Positions 62,694 to 64,000 of a stretch of DNA of 64,000 bases are shown in pieces. Each line of letters begins with the position of its first letter. Position 1 is the first letter of the stretch. Source of the stretch: Somniosus microcephalus (lineage: Eukaryota); assembly GCA_052327205.1 (NCBI GenBank), contig CM126204.1:282286001-282350000 (forward strand). Direction: 5' to 3'. Under the pieces are notes generated by a model that saw nothing but the letters and a program-made list of their open reading frames with translations, had not been told where the DNA came from and ran no database searches. Position numbers and translations under genes: made by a program.

Positions 62694-63009
62694 GTAATCT
62701 CTTATTGGTAATATAAATGTCATCTATAACCGCATTGCCTGCAAATTTGCCATAATATAGACGCAGCAAGTCCCTCCTGAACGCAGTCTCCAAGGCTCAG
62801 AGTTAACTGTCCTAACATCGCTCTATAGGTAATATCATCTATAATCTCACCACTGCACGACACAAATCTCGATTCCAGCTCACACAGACCAGAATTAACT
62901 TCGCTCTGTGGGTAATACAAATGTAACATGAAGATAAATTCACCGTAAGCACTCCCAGATATAGCATAATGGATACCTGCGACTAACATCATTAAATAAT
63001 AAAATTTGA

Positions 63010-63112
63010 CGACATTATAATAGTGACTGCATTTCAAAGGTACTACATTGGTCGTAAAGCGATTTGGGACGTCCCGAGAACGTGAAAGGCATTATATAAA
63101 TGTAAATTCTTT
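63010..63112 (+). mobile_element. SacSINE1 3' tail fragment
   Basis: agtgactgcatttcaaaggtactacattggtcgtaaagcgatttgggacgtcccgagaacgtgaaaggcattatataaatgtaa. Confidence 0.8.
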
Positions 63113-64000
63113 ATAATGGATAAGGAGGTCATTACAAGGAAGAAATATAATTGAGATCCGGTTGATATAGCGGAGAGCAAAGCTTCATTGGTTTATTACC
63201 ATCCTTGGAATCCCAAAGTTAGATAATAACTTTGAACAGGTAGTTGTTACCTGTTAATATGTGCTGGTTCTCAAAACGGTGGCAGTGATTTCAGTGACCC
63301 TGGTGTGATTTTGCAGTGTCATTTAGGTCCAGGTTGAGAAGTGGTTCTGAGCATTTACGTTTTCATCTGTTGACACTGTAGAGGAAATTTGGCAGAAAAC
63401 TGGAGAGAATGAAATCCACAGCAGTCCCAAATAGGGCCTACCGCAACCCACCACCCCCATAACTCGAGGTCCCCACCCTCACTTACAGCTCCCCGGGTCG
63501 TCAATACGGGAGTGTTTAAACAAATCTAAAAGGAGAAAAACTACACCTGTGCCACGTATGATTTTTGTCTACCCGAACCTTTTCGGTACACAGCCAGTTA
63601 CTTAAAGTGATTTTTTTGCTTCAGATGATCAGCACTCACAGTAGGTAGTTAGATTGGCAGTAGGCATGCTTCTTGGCAGCACGACATCAGTGTCTCAATG
63701 ACAATTTATAATAGGAGGAAAGCAAAGTCAATATCACGGCTTCAAACTTGGGAAACCCAAGTAAGTGGGGATTTGAGAAATTGCACTGTTCACAGTAGCA
63801 TCCAGGAGCCGAATTATGCACCGACTCAGTTCCCATTTGGAACTACAGGCAAGGCATAAAATGAACATCCATCGACAGGAACCAGATCCTAAAGCATTAT
63901 TCAACAGATTGAGAGGCCAGTATAATGATGTAAAAAGCCTTAAAAGATTTTAGATATATTTATAGTTTCTAGATGTCACTGGAATCTCAAGTTCAAATGA

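Overview
Vertebrate genomic DNA, almost certainly from a cartilaginous fish (shark-type SacSINE1/DeuSINE, CR1, L2 and Penelope-derived repeats). The window holds the complete 5-exon GORAB coding sequence (+, 10273-31377, 377 aa) followed in tandem by the first three coding exons of PRRX1 (+, 53153-62693; the OAR exon lies beyond the window). The first ~40.5 kb is TE-rich and CpG-poor. It contains a young full-length Mag-type Ty3/Gypsy element (4073-8960, -, 5-bp TSD ACACT), plus CR1, L2, Tx1-like and SINE copies. The last ~23 kb around PRRX1 is TE-poor and CpG-retaining. The best candidate novelty is a 2.7-kb single-ORF APE+RT LINE in GORAB intron 1. It starts with a tRNA-like A/B-box head, has no TTTT (Pol III terminator) anywhere on its sense strand, and its two ends recur joined together as short SINE copies, which suggests a Pol III-transcribed LINE with deletion-derived SINEs. 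Other leads: hammerhead-ribozyme-like cores in Penelope-derived repeats, a duplicated Gypsy LTR terminus, a PBX/PREP-site minisatellite at the GORAB stop codon, and Coordinator/P3 motifs around PRRX1. All calls are by eye; repeat boundaries without TSDs are approximate.
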